Of a stretch of DNA of 51,357 nucleotides, positions 17,054 through 27,446 are shown piece after piece (positions within the stretch are counted from its first letter, which is position 1; each line of letters begins with the position of its first letter). The notes under the pieces are model-generated. The model ran no database searches. It had not been told where the DNA came from and worked only from the letters and a program-made list of their open reading frames with translations. The position numbers and the translations under genes were made by a program. The DNA is from Flavobacterium sp. (GTDB lineage: Bacteria; Bacteroidota; Bacteroidia; Flavobacteriales; Flavobacteriaceae), in assembly GCA_044373885.1 (NCBI GenBank), contig JBIPNF010000001.1, forward strand, positions 1-51,357, in the 5' to 3' direction.

Positions 17054-18253
17054 TTGAATTTCCCTTTTTACATAGCCAAACGCTACCTAAAAAGTGCCAA
17101 TAAAAATAATGCAATTAACATTATTAATGGCATTGCTTCACTTGGAATTATTGTTAGTTCGATGGTTTTGTTTGTCGTTTTATCTATTTTTAGTGGATTG
17201 GTAAATTTTAGTTTGTCGTTCAGCAATGATTTTGATCCCGACTTAAAAATCTATAGCACTTTAGGAAAATCCTATACTATTTCAAAACAACAAGAAAAAG
17301 AAATCAAGACAATTGATGGCGTTGCCTCGTTTAGTAAAATCATAGAAGAACGGGTACTTTTTATGTTTGACGGGAAAGAACAATTTACCTATTTAAAAGG
17401 CGTTGACGCTTCTTTTTCCAAAGTCAGTAATGTCCAAAAAAGTCTTTTTAACGGACAGTGGCTAAGTCCAAAAACATCGCAGGTTGTGGTGGGTTACGGA
17501 ATTTCCCAAAAATTATCTTTAGGTATATTTGATTTTAATAATGCGTTGGAAGTTTTTGCACCAAAACCTGGAAAAGGGAATATAGAAAATCCCGATGATG
17601 CTTTTACAAAAATTGGATTAATCCCAGTTGGTATTTATGCCGTTAGCGAAGAATTAGATTCTAAATATGTGTTTTCAGATCTTGAAGTGGCGCGAGAATT
17701 ACTCGGTTTTCAGCCCAATCAAATTACTACTTTGGAACTAAAATTGAAACCCAATGCAGATGAAAATCGAATCAAGGAACAACTACAAACTATTTTTAAC
17801 AACAAAATCACCATTAAAAATAGAGCACAACTCAATGACGCGTTGTACAAAATGCTGAATACCGAAAATACCGCTATTTATCTATTATTCACGCTCGTAA
17901 TAATTCTCACGTTATTCACCCTTGCAGGCGCCATTATCATGATGATTTTAGACAAACGGGGGAATTTAAAAACACTTTACAATCTTGGAACAGAGGTAAA
18001 AGATTTAAGAAAAATATTCTTGTTTCAAGGGACTTTACTGAGTGTTTTGGGAGGTTGTTTGGGACTTTTTTTAGGAATTATATTAGTTTTAATTCAGCAA
18101 CAATTCGAAGTGATAATGATTACCCCATCACTTGCCTATCCTGTAGCTTTCTTATTTAAAAATGTGATATTAGTTTTGACAACTATAATTTCTTTAGGAT
18201 TTATAGCTTCGTTGATTGCGAGTAGTCGCGTAAGTAAGAAATTGTTAGAATAA
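17054..18253 (+). CDS. LolC/E-FtsX family ABC transporter permease
   Basis: N-terminal IAKRYL plus TM helix, a large periplasmic domain and three C-terminal TM helices with LxxLG..IFLFQG; TTG start 1 nt after rbfA. Confidence 0.85.
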   Translation: MNFPFYIAKRYLKSANKNNAINIINGIASLGIIVSSMVLFVVLSIFSGLVNFSLSFSNDFDPDLKIYSTLGKSYTISKQQEKEIKTIDGVASFSKIIEERVLFMFDGKEQFTYLKGVDASFSKVSNVQKSLFNGQWLSPKTSQVVVGYGISQKLSLGIFDFNNALEVFAPKPGKGNIENPDDAFTKIGLIPVGIYAVSEELDSKYVFSDLEVARELLGFQPNQITTLELKLKPNADENRIKEQLQTIFNNKITIKNRAQLNDALYKMLNTENTAIYLLFTLVIILTLFTLAGAIIMMILDKRGNLKTLYNLGTEVKDLRKIFLFQGTLLSVLGGCLGLFLGIILVLIQQQFEVIMITPSLAYPVAFLFKNVILVLTTIISLGFIASLIASSRVSKKLLE

Positions 18254-18256
18254 ATA

Positions 18257-19246
18257 TTAAAACTGATAGTCCGCATAAGCATCTTCAATTTCATTTAAAG
18301 CAGCAAATAATTCTTCGGGCGTACTCAATGTGACCAGTTTTTGTCGGTGTTCTTTAAAGGCTTGAATTCCTTTGAAATAATTAGAATAATGGGGACGCGT
18401 TTCTACAATTCCTAATCGTTCGCCTTTCCATTCCATTGCCCAAGTGAGGTGATTGCGCACCGCTTCTACCCGATTGACAACGGTCGGTTTTGCTAAATGT
18501 TCCCCTGTTTTGAAGTAATGTTTGATTTCGTTAAAAATCCACGGATACCCGATGGCAGCGCGACCAATCATGATGCCATCGATGCCGTATTCGTTTTTAT
18601 ATTTCAATGCTTTTTCGGGAGAATCGATATCGCCGTTTCCGAAAATGGGCATGGTAATTCTAGGATTGTTTTTCACGCGGGCAATGTGCGACCAGTCGGC
18701 TTGCCCTTTATACATTTGGGCACGAGTTCGGGCGTGAATGCTCAAAGCGGCAACGCCAATATCTTGAAGACGTTCGGCAACCTCATCAATATTTATGGAG
18801 TTATCGTCCCAACCCAAACGTGTTTTTACGGTTACAGGCAAATGCGTGCTATCGATTACGGCTTGCGTGAGTCGAATCATTAAATCGACATCTTTTAGAA
18901 CTCCGGCTCCCGCGCCTTTGCAAACGACTTTTTTTACGGGACAACCAAAATTAATATCAATAATATCGGGGTTTACCGTAGAAACGATTTTTGATGAAAG
19001 CGCCATTGCTTCTTCGTCACCCCCAAAAATTTGGATTCCAACGGGGCGTTCGTAATCGAAAATGTCTAATTTCATTCGGCTTTTGATCGCGTCACGAATT
19101 AGTCCTTCAGAAGAAATAAATTCGGAATACATCAAATCGGCTCCGTGTTGTTTGCACAATCTACGAAATGGCGGATCGCTTACATCTTCCATTGGTGCGA
19201 GAAGCAAAGGAAAATCTGGAAGTTCTATGTTGCCGATTTTAATCAT
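18257..19246 (-). CDS. dusB: tRNA-dihydrouridine synthase B
   Basis: LAPMEDVSD, DINFGCPVKKV, HARTRAQMY, GNGDI and MIGRAAIGYPWIF. Start set at MIKIGNI (19246) because the ORF-track start overlaps the -7 box TACTTTTG at 19265-19272. Confidence 0.92.
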   Translation of the reverse strand: MIKIGNIELPDFPLLLAPMEDVSDPPFRRLCKQHGADLMYSEFISSEGLIRDAIKSRMKLDIFDYERPVGIQIFGGDEEAMALSSKIVSTVNPDIIDINFGCPVKKVVCKGAGAGVLKDVDLMIRLTQAVIDSTHLPVTVKTRLGWDDNSINIDEVAERLQDIGVAALSIHARTRAQMYKGQADWSHIARVKNNPRITMPIFGNGDIDSPEKALKYKNEYGIDGIMIGRAAIGYPWIFNEIKHYFKTGEHLAKPTVVNRVEAVRNHLTWAMEWKGERLGIVETRPHYSNYFKGIQAFKEHRQKLVTLSTPEELFAALNEIEDAYADYQF

Positions 19247-19345
19247 GTTTCGAATTATTTTGTGCAAAAGTACAATTTTATGAGATTAGAAAAAATAGCT
19301 ATGCGTAAAGACTGATTTCATTCTTTGAAACTGACTAAATTACAT

Positions 19346-19353
19346 TATATTTG
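19346..19353 (+). promoter_or_regulatory. -7 promoter box for lepA
   Basis: TATATTTG with a TTG about 19 nt upstream. Confidence 0.6.
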
Positions 19354-19372
19354 CAGATTAATTCCCTATTAT

Positions 19373-19475
19373 AGGGTTTGCGTGAGGGGTTGTAGCGGCA
19401 TCCCACGCTTTTTAGCGTGGATACAGCGAAAAACCCGACCAACGATGGAACGAAAGTGGAATTGTGGTCACGCCC
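19373..19475 (+). ncRNA. Flavo-1-like structured element (copy B) in the predicted lepA 5' UTR
   Basis: Core GTAGCGGCATCCCACGC-TTTTTA-GCGTGGATACAGCGAA, outer stem GGGTT..AACCC, and flanking GCGTGA..TCACGC. Confidence 0.5.
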
Positions 19476-19497
19476 AAAAAACAGACAAAATTCGAGC

Positions 19498-21294
19498 ATG
19501 AAAAACATAAGAAATTTTTGCATTATTGCACATATTGATCACGGAAAAAGTACGCTTGCTGACCGTTTACTCGGTGCTACACAAACGGTAACTGCTCGTG
19601 AAGAAAAGGCGCAATTGCTTGACAACATGGACTTAGAGCGGGAGCGTGGGATTACGATTAAGAGTCACGCGATTCAGATGGAGTATACGTACAAAGGTGA
19701 AGAATACATTCTGAATTTGATTGATACTCCGGGTCACGTGGATTTTTCTTACGAAGTTTCTCGATCGATTGCAGCTTGTGAAGGCGCGCTTTTGATTGTG
19801 GATGCGGCGCAAAGTATTCAGGCACAAACGATTTCGAATTTGTATTTGGCACTAGAAAATGACTTGGAAATTATTCCTATTTTGAATAAAGTAGATTTAC
19901 CAAGTGCCAATCCTGAGGAAGTGAGCGATGATATTGTAGATTTATTGGGTTGCAAATTAGAAGAAATTATTCATGCTTCGGGGAAAACCGGTTTGGGTGT
20001 TGAGAATATTTTGGCGGCCATTATCGAAAGAATTCCTCCTCCAAAAGGAAATGTAGACGAGCCGTTACAAGCATTGATTTTTGATTCGCATTACAATCCG
20101 TTTCGTGGAATTGAAGTTATTTTCCGTGTGAAAAACGGACAGATTAAAAAAGGCCAAAAGATTAAATTCATGGCCACCGGAAATGAATATTTTGCCGATG
20201 AAATTGGCACTTTGAAATTGAATCAAGTTCCAAAACAAGTTATTTCTGCGGGTGATGTAGGCTATTTGATTTCGGGAATTAAAGAAGCAAAAGAAGTAAA
20301 AGTGGGCGATACGCTAACCGATGCAAAAACGCCAACTACCAATATGATTACTGGTTTTGAAGACGTAAAACCGATGGTTTTTGCTGGGATTTATCCAGTT
20401 GACACCGAAGATTATGAAGAATTGCGCAACTCGATGGAAAAATTACAGTTGAACGATGCTTCGCTGGTATTTTTACCGGAAAGTTCGGCGGCTTTAGGAT
20501 TTGGTTTCCGTTGCGGATTCTTGGGAATGTTGCACATGGAAATTATCCAAGAACGATTGGAACGCGAGTTTAATATGACCGTGATCACTACGGTTCCGAA
20601 CGTTTCCTATTTGGCTTACACCAAAAAAGATCCTGAAACGCCATTCGTGGTAAACAACCCGTCCGATTTGCCTGAACCTTCTCGATTAGATCACGTTGAA
20701 GAGCCTTACATTAAAGCAACTATTATTACCAAAGCAGATTTTGTTGGTAATGTAATGTCGCTTTGTATTGAAAAACGAGGTTTGATTACAAACCAAACGT
20801 ATTTGACTACAGAAAGAGTAGAATTGACGTTCGATATGCCGTTGGCAGAAATTGTATTCGATTTTTATGACCGATTGAAAACGGTTTCTAAAGGATATGC
20901 ATCGTTTGATTATGCGCCAATTGGAATGCGTACTTCAAATCTAGTAAAAGTAGATATTTTATTGAATGCGACTATTGTTGATGCTTTGTCGTCCCTTATT
21001 CACGTTGATAATGCGTACCACATTGGTAAAAAAATGTGTGAGAAATTGAAAGAATTAATTCCACGTCAGCAGTTTGATATTCCAATTCAAGCGGCGATTG
21101 GCGTAAAAGTAATTTCGCGTGAAACGATAAAAGCATTACGTAAAGACGTAACTGCCAAATGCTATGGTGGTGATATTTCTAGAAAACGTAAATTATTGGA
21201 AAAACAGAAAAAAGGTAAAAAGAGAATGCGACAAGTGGGCAATGTAGAAATTCCACAAGAAGCGTTTATGGCGGTTTTGAAATTGAACGATTAG
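19498..21294 (+). CDS. lepA: Translation elongation factor 4
   Basis: [56 protein letters not shown] and [14 protein letters not shown]. Confidence 0.98.
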   Translation: MKNIRNFCIIAHIDHGKSTLADRLLGATQTVTAREEKAQLLDNMDLERERGITIKSHAIQMEYTYKGEEYILNLIDTPGHVDFSYEVSRSIAACEGALLIVDAAQSIQAQTISNLYLALENDLEIIPILNKVDLPSANPEEVSDDIVDLLGCKLEEIIHASGKTGLGVENILAAIIERIPPPKGNVDEPLQALIFDSHYNPFRGIEVIFRVKNGQIKKGQKIKFMATGNEYFADEIGTLKLNQVPKQVISAGDVGYLISGIKEAKEVKVGDTLTDAKTPTTNMITGFEDVKPMVFAGIYPVDTEDYEELRNSMEKLQLNDASLVFLPESSAALGFGFRCGFLGMLHMEIIQERLEREFNMTVITTVPNVSYLAYTKKDPETPFVVNNPSDLPEPSRLDHVEEPYIKATIITKADFVGNVMSLCIEKRGLITNQTYLTTERVELTFDMPLAEIVFDFYDRLKTVSKGYASFDYAPIGMRTSNLVKVDILLNATIVDALSSLIHVDNAYHIGKKMCEKLKELIPRQQFDIPIQAAIGVKVISRETIKALRKDVTAKCYGGDISRKRKLLEKQKKGKKRMRQVGNVEIPQEAFMAVLKLND

Positions 21295-21335
21295 GCCATA
21301 AAATTCGTAATAAAAAAGTAACATAGAAAATAAAC

Positions 21336-21366
21336 AAGCCCGATAATGAAAGTTGTCGGGTTTTTT
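21336..21366 (+). terminator. Intrinsic terminator after lepA
   Basis: AAGCCCGATAA-tgaaag-TTGTCGGGTT followed by a T run. Confidence 0.75.
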
Positions 21367-21442
21367 GGAATTAAGAATATTTTAATACACTTTTTACTCA
21401 GAAATATACTAATTTTAGTCAATGTATATAAATTGACGTGCC

Positions 21443-24400
21443 ATGAGAATTAAGTATTTATTATTGTTTCTAATCTTTTCAACATTTGGTTTTTCGCAAG
21501 GAATTGTTGTAGATACAACATCCATAAGTATTCCTGATCTTGTGCATACCATCTTAATGCAAAATTCTTGTTCAAACGAAAATAATTTTTTGTTTTCATC
21601 GCACAGAGGAATCGGAAAATTTACAAATTCAAATCCAAATTTTCCTTTCACAGATGGAATAGTAATTAGAAACGGAATTGCCAAATACTCTGAAGGATCC
21701 TATACTGGTTTAAACCTAAGTAGTCAGATAAATACTTCGGGTGATGCCGATTTACAAATAATTAGCAACAGTAGTTTACAAACTGGAAATATTACAGATG
21801 TTGGATTTATTCAATTTGATTTCACACCACTTTCTAGTAGTTTTAGTTTTGATTTTCTATTTGCATCTAATGAATACGGGCAGTATCAATGTGGCTTTAG
21901 TGATGTTTTTGCTTTTTTATTGACGGATCTAACAACAAATACTCAAACTAATTTGGCTGTAATTCCAGGCACTACAACTCCTGTGTCCGTAAAAAATATT
22001 CGTGATAACGTCAATAATAGTTCGTGCCTTTCCAATAATTCAGCTCTTTTTTCCAGATATAATGTAACAAACCCCGCAACATCTGCTATAAATATGCGAG
22101 GAGAAACTGTTCTTTTAACAGCATCATCACCGGTAATTCCAAATAGAACCTATAGAATTAAATTGGCCATTGGAGACTATTATGACAGTAATTATGATTC
22201 TGCCGTTTTCATTAAAGGGGGTAGTTTTACAACAACTGCTAATTTAGGTCCAGATAAAACAATCTGCCAAGGAGAACAAGTAATTATAAATAGTGGTATA
22301 AACTCATTATTTACAATTTCTTGGACGCTAAATGGAATTGTAATTCCTAGTCAAAACGGTGTGAATTTGATAGTAACTCAGCCCGGAACCTATGGCGTAA
22401 TTGGTAGCATTCCTTCATCTGGTTGCAGAATTACAGATGAAATTGTTATTTCAGACCTTACTACTAATGCGCTAAATAATTTGTCGGTTTGTAATTCTGG
22501 AGCGGCGAACTATCAATATAATTTGACACAAAACAATATTGCTACCCTAGGATTAAATGCTACAGATTATTCTATTTTATACTTTGCTACTTTGGCCGAT
22601 GCCAATGCCAATACTCCTCAAATCCCAAGTGATCAACTAAACTCATATACGAGTGCGGGCGGACAAACTATTTATGTCAAAGTAATGCATCTTTCAAATG
22701 GCAATTATATTTGTGAAGGTTTACTTTCTTTTGATTTGTTAGTAAATGCCCCGATTGTTGCTACAACGCCAATCAATTTATCTTTATGCTCGAGTTCCTC
22801 AGGAAATAATACGTTCGATTTGACTAGTCAAACAGCATTGATTTTAAACGGTCAGCTTCCATCAAACTACAGCGTGACCTATTTTACTTCGCAAGCAGAT
22901 GCTCAAGCCAACACAAACCCCATTTCAAATCCAACCTCATTTTTTATAACACTTGCGCAAACTTCCCAAATAATATGGGTGAGAATGAGTGCGGTTTTAT
23001 ATCCAAGCTGTTTTGATATTACTAACTTTTCTATAACTGTATATGCTCAGCCCTTAGTTGACACCTTAGCCAATGTAATTGAATGTCATAGTTATTTTCT
23101 TCCCGTTCTTACCAATGGGAATTATTTTACTGGAGCAAGTGGAACTGGATCAATGCTAAATGCTGGTGATGAAATTCTAATTGCTGGAACTTATTATATT
23201 TTTAACGGCCCTGATACACAAGGCTGTAGTAATGAAAGTTCCTTCACTATTACCTTCATAGACCAGCTCATTTTTCCGTTAACTGCTTGTGGAAAATATT
23301 ATGTTCCAGGCCCTCCCATCGGAAATTTTTATACTGGAATTGGCGGTACCGGAACGCAGTTAGTTGCAGGAACAGTATTGACTAGCAACCAAACTATTTA
23401 TTACTATGCCGTAATTAATGGGATTGTATGTCGAGATGAGGCATTCAATATAGCCGTTTTTCCATTACCGCTTGTTGATACGGTTCAAAATAGTACCACT
23501 TGTACTTCTTTTAGACTGCCAACATTATTAAATGGAAATTATTTTACCGAAACTGGTGGTACAGGGACTGCTTTATTTGCAGGAGATCTTATTACATCTA
23601 GCCAAACTATTTATGTGTATGCCAACAACGGCCAATGTACAAATGAAACAACATTTAGGGTAGATAGTATAGATCCCACAATTTATGTTCCGATAACTCG
23701 CTGTAGAGAATTTATACTTCCTGCAATTTCAATTGGGAATTATTATGATGCCCCTTTGGGAGTGGGAACAATTATTCCTGCAGGTACACCAATTACAACA
23801 TCGCAAACCGTATATTATTATGTTCAGACAACTACTTCTCCAAATTGTACCGATTTCTTAAACTATTCAATCACAATTAACTCTTTACCGACCGTGGATT
23901 CGCCTATAAACCGATTGGAATGTGAAAACTATACCTTGCCTACTTTAATAAATGGGAACTATTTTACTACAACTGGCGGAGTTGGGCCTTTAAACACTGG
24001 TGATGTAATTTCAAGTACACAAACGCTCTATGTTTATGCAATTTCAACGCTTGGGTGTTCTAACGAAAAATCGTTTACAATAACTATTAGACAAAAACCC
24101 TCAGTAGCTATTTTTACAGATGTTTTTACATGTTCCAATTTCATTCTTCCCGCTTTGGCTAATGGGGCATATTATACTGCTACAAATGGCCCAAACGGGA
24201 TTGGCACTCAAATTCCAGCGGGAACAACCGTTTTGGCAAGTCAAAGAATTTATATTTATAATTCCTACCCTGATTTTTCAAATTGCAGTAATGAAAGCTT
24301 TTTTAATGTTGATTATAGCGGGATAGATGTAGGTACTTTTGCAGATGTAAATGTTTGCGACAGTTATACATTACCATCCCTTACTGTTGGAAATTATTAT

Positions 24401-25501
24401 TCCCAACCCAATGGGGTAAATCCAATTACTGTAGGAACAAGAATCACTACTTCACAAACCATTTATGTATACAAAAGTGTAGGAACTCGTTTGACTTGCT
24501 CAGATCAAGATTCATTTTTATTGACTGTTACAACAACTCCAACCTTACCCCCTTTTCCAAATATTCAGGCCTGTGAAAACTATCTGCTTCCAACTTTGGG
24601 AGTGGGAACCTATTTTTCTGGAAGTGGAGGAACAGGAACATCTTATGTGGCAAATCAAAGTATCGCATCTTCTCAGCTCATGTATGTTTATGCTCCAGCA
24701 ACAGCAAATGCAGCATGTTTTGACCAAAAGAATTTTAATATAAGTGTTTATCCTCTAAAAAACTTATCCCTAAATAATGGTGCAATTTGCGTGGATAGTA
24801 AAACAGGCGAAGTACTTCAATCTCACCTTATGGTTTCGGGTTTAAACCCAATGATTTATACTGTTAAATGGTATTTAAATGGAGTGCTGATGGGTACTGG
24901 AACAAATTACAATGCAACTCAAGAAGGAACCTACGACGTGATTATCATCAAAAACACACCCGATATTGGAAACGATTGCGGGTACAATCCAACTACAGTT
25001 ATTGTAGAAAAATCGAGCGCCCCTATTGCGTCGGTTTCGGTTTCAGGGGCTTTTGAAGATAGTATTGATGTAATTGTAAATATAACTGGAGGCTTTGGAA
25101 CTTATGAATTTCAAATCGACGGCGGGCCGTTCCAAACGGATCCTGTTTTTCACAATGTTGCTTCTGGTACCCATACCATCAATATTAAAGACACAAAAGG
25201 GAATTGTAGTACCATTTCCTTACTTGCGCATGTTATAAAATATCCTAATTATTTCACGCCAAATGGAGACAGTTATCATGATACCTGGAATATTATTGAT
25301 CTGGCTTTTCAACCTGATGCCGTACTTTACATTTATGATCGCTATGGGAAATTTATAAAAGAACTCAAAACAAACGGACCAGGATGGGACGGAAATTATA
25401 ACGGAAATCCACTGCCATCAACCGATTATTGGTTTCAAGTTTTTTATAAACTTAATGGGGCCACTCAAGAATTTAGATCTCATTTCAGCATGAAGCGTTG
25501 A
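21443..25501 (+). CDS. T9SS type B (gliding-motility-associated CTD) surface protein with N-terminal choice-of-anchor-L-like domain and Cys-paired repeats
   Basis: Signal peptide followed by Gln; FLFASNEY..CGFSDVFAF..YDSAVFI in the N-terminal domain; C-terminal YPNYFTPNGDSYHDTW..IYDRYGK..WDG..LPSTDYWF..HFSMKR. Confidence 0.88.
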   Translation: MRIKYLLLFLIFSTFGFSQGIVVDTTSISIPDLVHTILMQNSCSNENNFLFSSHRGIGKFTNSNPNFPFTDGIVIRNGIAKYSEGSYTGLNLSSQINTSGDADLQIISNSSLQTGNITDVGFIQFDFTPLSSSFSFDFLFASNEYGQYQCGFSDVFAFLLTDLTTNTQTNLAVIPGTTTPVSVKNIRDNVNNSSCLSNNSALFSRYNVTNPATSAINMRGETVLLTASSPVIPNRTYRIKLAIGDYYDSNYDSAVFIKGGSFTTTANLGPDKTICQGEQVIINSGINSLFTISWTLNGIVIPSQNGVNLIVTQPGTYGVIGSIPSSGCRITDEIVISDLTTNALNNLSVCNSGAANYQYNLTQNNIATLGLNATDYSILYFATLADANANTPQIPSDQLNSYTSAGGQTIYVKVMHLSNGNYICEGLLSFDLLVNAPIVATTPINLSLCSSSSGNNTFDLTSQTALILNGQLPSNYSVTYFTSQADAQANTNPISNPTSFFITLAQTSQIIWVRMSAVLYPSCFDITNFSITVYAQPLVDTLANVIECHSYFLPVLTNGNYFTGASGTGSMLNAGDEILIAGTYYIFNGPDTQGCSNESSFTITFIDQLIFPLTACGKYYVPGPPIGNFYTGIGGTGTQLVAGTVLTSNQTIYYYAVINGIVCRDEAFNIAVFPLPLVDTVQNSTTCTSFRLPTLLNGNYFTETGGTGTALFAGDLITSSQTIYVYANNGQCTNETTFRVDSIDPTIYVPITRCREFILPAISIGNYYDAPLGVGTIIPAGTPITTSQTVYYYVQTTTSPNCTDFLNYSITINSLPTVDSPINRLECENYTLPTLINGNYFTTTGGVGPLNTGDVISSTQTLYVYAISTLGCSNEKSFTITIRQKPSVAIFTDVFTCSNFILPALANGAYYTATNGPNGIGTQIPAGTTVLASQRIYIYNSYPDFSNCSNESFFNVDYSGIDVGTFADVNVCDSYTLPSLTVGNYYSQPNGVNPITVGTRITTSQTIYVYKSVGTRLTCSDQDSFLLTVTTTPTLPPFPNIQACENYLLPTLGVGTYFSGSGGTGTSYVANQSIASSQLMYVYAPATANAACFDQKNFNISVYPLKNLSLNNGAICVDSKTGEVLQSHLMVSGLNPMIYTVKWYLNGVLMGTGTNYNATQEGTYDVIIIKNTPDIGNDCGYNPTTVIVEKSSAPIASVSVSGAFEDSIDVIVNITGGFGTYEFQIDGGPFQTDPVFHNVASGTHTINIKDTKGNCSTISLLAHVIKYPNYFTPNGDSYHDTWNIIDLAFQPDAVLYIYDRYGKFIKELKTNGPGWDGNYNGNPLPSTDYWFQVFYKLNGATQEFRSHFSMKR
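23060..24757 (+). repeat. Eight tandem ~70-aa protein repeats, each with two Cys
   Basis: Consensus CxxYxLPxLxxGNY(F/Y)TxxxGxG..GxxITSSQTIYVY..CxNExxF, counted eight times in the translation. Confidence 0.8.
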
Positions 25502-25503
25502 TT

Positions 25504-25944
25504 TTAGAGTTTTTTTATTACATAAGTCACAATTCCCCAGATAATTAACTGGTTTTCTTCCGTAATCTTGATAGGAGAATAACTAGCATTTTCGGGCATT
25601 AGGTACAAGCATTCTTTTTCAACGAGAATGCGTTTCACAGTAAACTCTCCATCAATGAAACAAATTGCAATTTTGTTGTTTTGAGGTTCTAAACTTCTAT
25701 CAACAACCAAAACATCTTTGTCATTTATACCCGCATCAATCATCGAATTTCCTTTGACTTTTATATAAAAAGTAGCCAGTGGATTTTCGCTTAATTCACT
25801 ATTTAAGTCGATATTTGTTTCCATAAAGTCGGCAGCTGGCGATGGAAATCCTGCCGAAACCCCGTCTTTTATAAAAGGAATTTTTAATTCACTTTCATAA
25901 TCTGGAAGAAAAAAAGTTAGCTTTGGATTTTTATTTATTGACAT
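25504..25944 (-). CDS. umuD: UmuD-like S24 autopeptidase subunit of translesion polymerase V
   Basis: Cleavage site VSAG/FPSPA, catalytic Ser (GNSM) and Lys (FTVKR); no N-terminal HTH. Confidence 0.9.
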   Translation of the reverse strand: MSINKNPKLTFFLPDYESELKIPFIKDGVSAGFPSPAADFMETNIDLNSELSENPLATFYIKVKGNSMIDAGINDKDVLVVDRSLEPQNNKIAICFIDGEFTVKRILVEKECLYLMPENASYSPIKITEENQLIIWGIVTYVIKKL

Positions 25945-27209
25945 TTTATTTCAAGTATATCTTTAAAATTAGTAGTGAATTTTTGCGACAAATGGTTTTG
26001 TTTCATATTCCACGTAAGGTTTAAATTTTGGGCGGCCAACTTCACTTTTTTGTCCCCAATTTTATTATTCAGGAAATCAATGGATTTCATTAATGCCAAA
26101 TGTTTAGGATTTTCCTCTTCAAATAATTGAAATTGTTTTTGATCTTCGGGAATAAATTCTGTGACGATTACTCCCGCCTTTTTGAATTTAATATTTTCAT
26201 TTCCGAAATATAATTTTTTTAAAATGGTAATAGCAACATTTGAAATCGTTATCGTAGAATTTGTAGCAAAAGGTAACGTAACTGCCATATTAAAATAATA
26301 TTTAGATGTTTTAATGGTGTGTCTATCAATCACCAACAGTACAATTATTGTATGGCAACACGAATTTTGCTTCCGTAATTTTTCGGAACAAATAGATGCA
26401 AAAGTAGCAACACGTTCCCGTAATAAATCAAAGTCAGAAATCTGTTTCGGAAAACTTCTTGTGGTGGCAATACTTTTTTTCTGATTTGGAATAGGTTCTA
26501 AATCTAAAACTGATTTTCCTTCTAACTCATATTTTAATCGAAGTCCTATAACCCCAAGTTCTTTTCTAATCCAACTTTCGTGTTGTGGTTGAATAAAATC
26601 TAAAGCCGTATTAATATTTCGAAGTTTCGCTTTCTTAGTAGTTCTGTTTCCAATACCCCAAACATCTTCAATTTTTGTCCATTTTAAGGCTTTGATTCGT
26701 TTTTCGTCAGTATCAATTGTATATACTCCGGAGGTTCTATCTTGAAATTTTTTGGCGATTTTATTGGCTACTTTTGCCAATGCTTTTGTAGGTGCAAAAC
26801 CAACACAAACGGGAATTCCGACCCATTTTTGAATTCTAGTTTTCATTTGAATACCATACGAATCATAGTCCAAAATTGACATTCCATCAAAATTTAGGAA
26901 TGCTTCATCAATACTATAAATTTCTAGATTTGGAGAAAATTGGCCTAAAATAGCCATTACCCGATTACTCAAATCACCGTATAAAGCATAATTTGATGAA
27001 AAAACAGCGATGTTTTTTTCTTTTACTAACTCTTTAATTTTAAACAAGGGCACGCCCATCGGGACACCAATTGTTTTGGCTTCATTGCTTCTTGAAATTA
27101 CACAACCATCATTATTTGACAATATAACAACAGGTTTTCCGTTGAGTTTCGGTTGAAAAACACGTTCGCAAGAAGCATAAAAATTATTACAATCAACTAA
27201 AGCATACAT
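25935..27209 (-). CDS. umuC: UmuC-like Y-family DNA polymerase
   Basis: ALVDCNNFYASCERVF, LSNNDGCVI, SSNYALYGDLS, YSIDEAF and C-terminal WNMKQNHLS..FTT. Confidence 0.92.
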   Translation of the reverse strand: MYALVDCNNFYASCERVFQPKLNGKPVVILSNNDGCVISRSNEAKTIGVPMGVPLFKIKELVKEKNIAVFSSNYALYGDLSNRVMAILGQFSPNLEIYSIDEAFLNFDGMSILDYDSYGIQMKTRIQKWVGIPVCVGFAPTKALAKVANKIAKKFQDRTSGVYTIDTDEKRIKALKWTKIEDVWGIGNRTTKKAKLRNINTALDFIQPQHESWIRKELGVIGLRLKYELEGKSVLDLEPIPNQKKSIATTRSFPKQISDFDLLRERVATFASICSEKLRKQNSCCHTIIVLLVIDRHTIKTSKYYFNMAVTLPFATNSTITISNVAITILKKLYFGNENIKFKKAGVIVTEFIPEDQKQFQLFEEENPKHLALMKSIDFLNNKIGDKKVKLAAQNLNLTWNMKQNHLSQKFTTNFKDILEIKCQ

Positions 27210-27213
27210 GCTA

Positions 27214-27221
27214 CAAAATTA
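27214..27221 (-). promoter_or_regulatory. -7 promoter box for umuC (near-leaderless)
   Basis: Minus strand reads TAATTTTG-tagc-ATG. Confidence 0.55.
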
Positions 27222-27317
27222 CAGAATAAGTAAGTATTGAAATACTACGCTCAAGTTAATTTTTAGGATTGTTAATAAAAAAAGTAGCAGGTGAAATACG
27301 TTAAAAAACAATAATTT

Positions 27318-27440
27318 TTAATGGCATCCACAATCATCGGTGCCGCAATTCTTTGCTTTTTTTTTCTTGAAAAAGAATTTTTTAATCAAAAAAGCAGTTG
27401 CAATTCCCAAAGCGATAAAAGCGATTATTTCTTGAGCCAT
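27318..27440 (-). CDS. FeoB-associated Cys-rich membrane peptide (40 aa; absent from the ORF track)
   Basis: Manual translation MAQEIIAFIALGIATAFLIKKFFFKKKKAKNCGTDDCGCH*, starting 6 nt after the feoB stop. Confidence 0.85.
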   Translation of the reverse strand: MAQEIIAFIALGIATAFLIKKFFFKKKKAKNCGTDDCGCH

Positions 27441-27446
27441 TGGTGA

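Noticed and set aside
19417-19497. N-terminal extension of LepA in the ORF track
   Set aside because: The extension is translated repeat-element sequence; the conserved LepA start is MKNIRNF at 19498.
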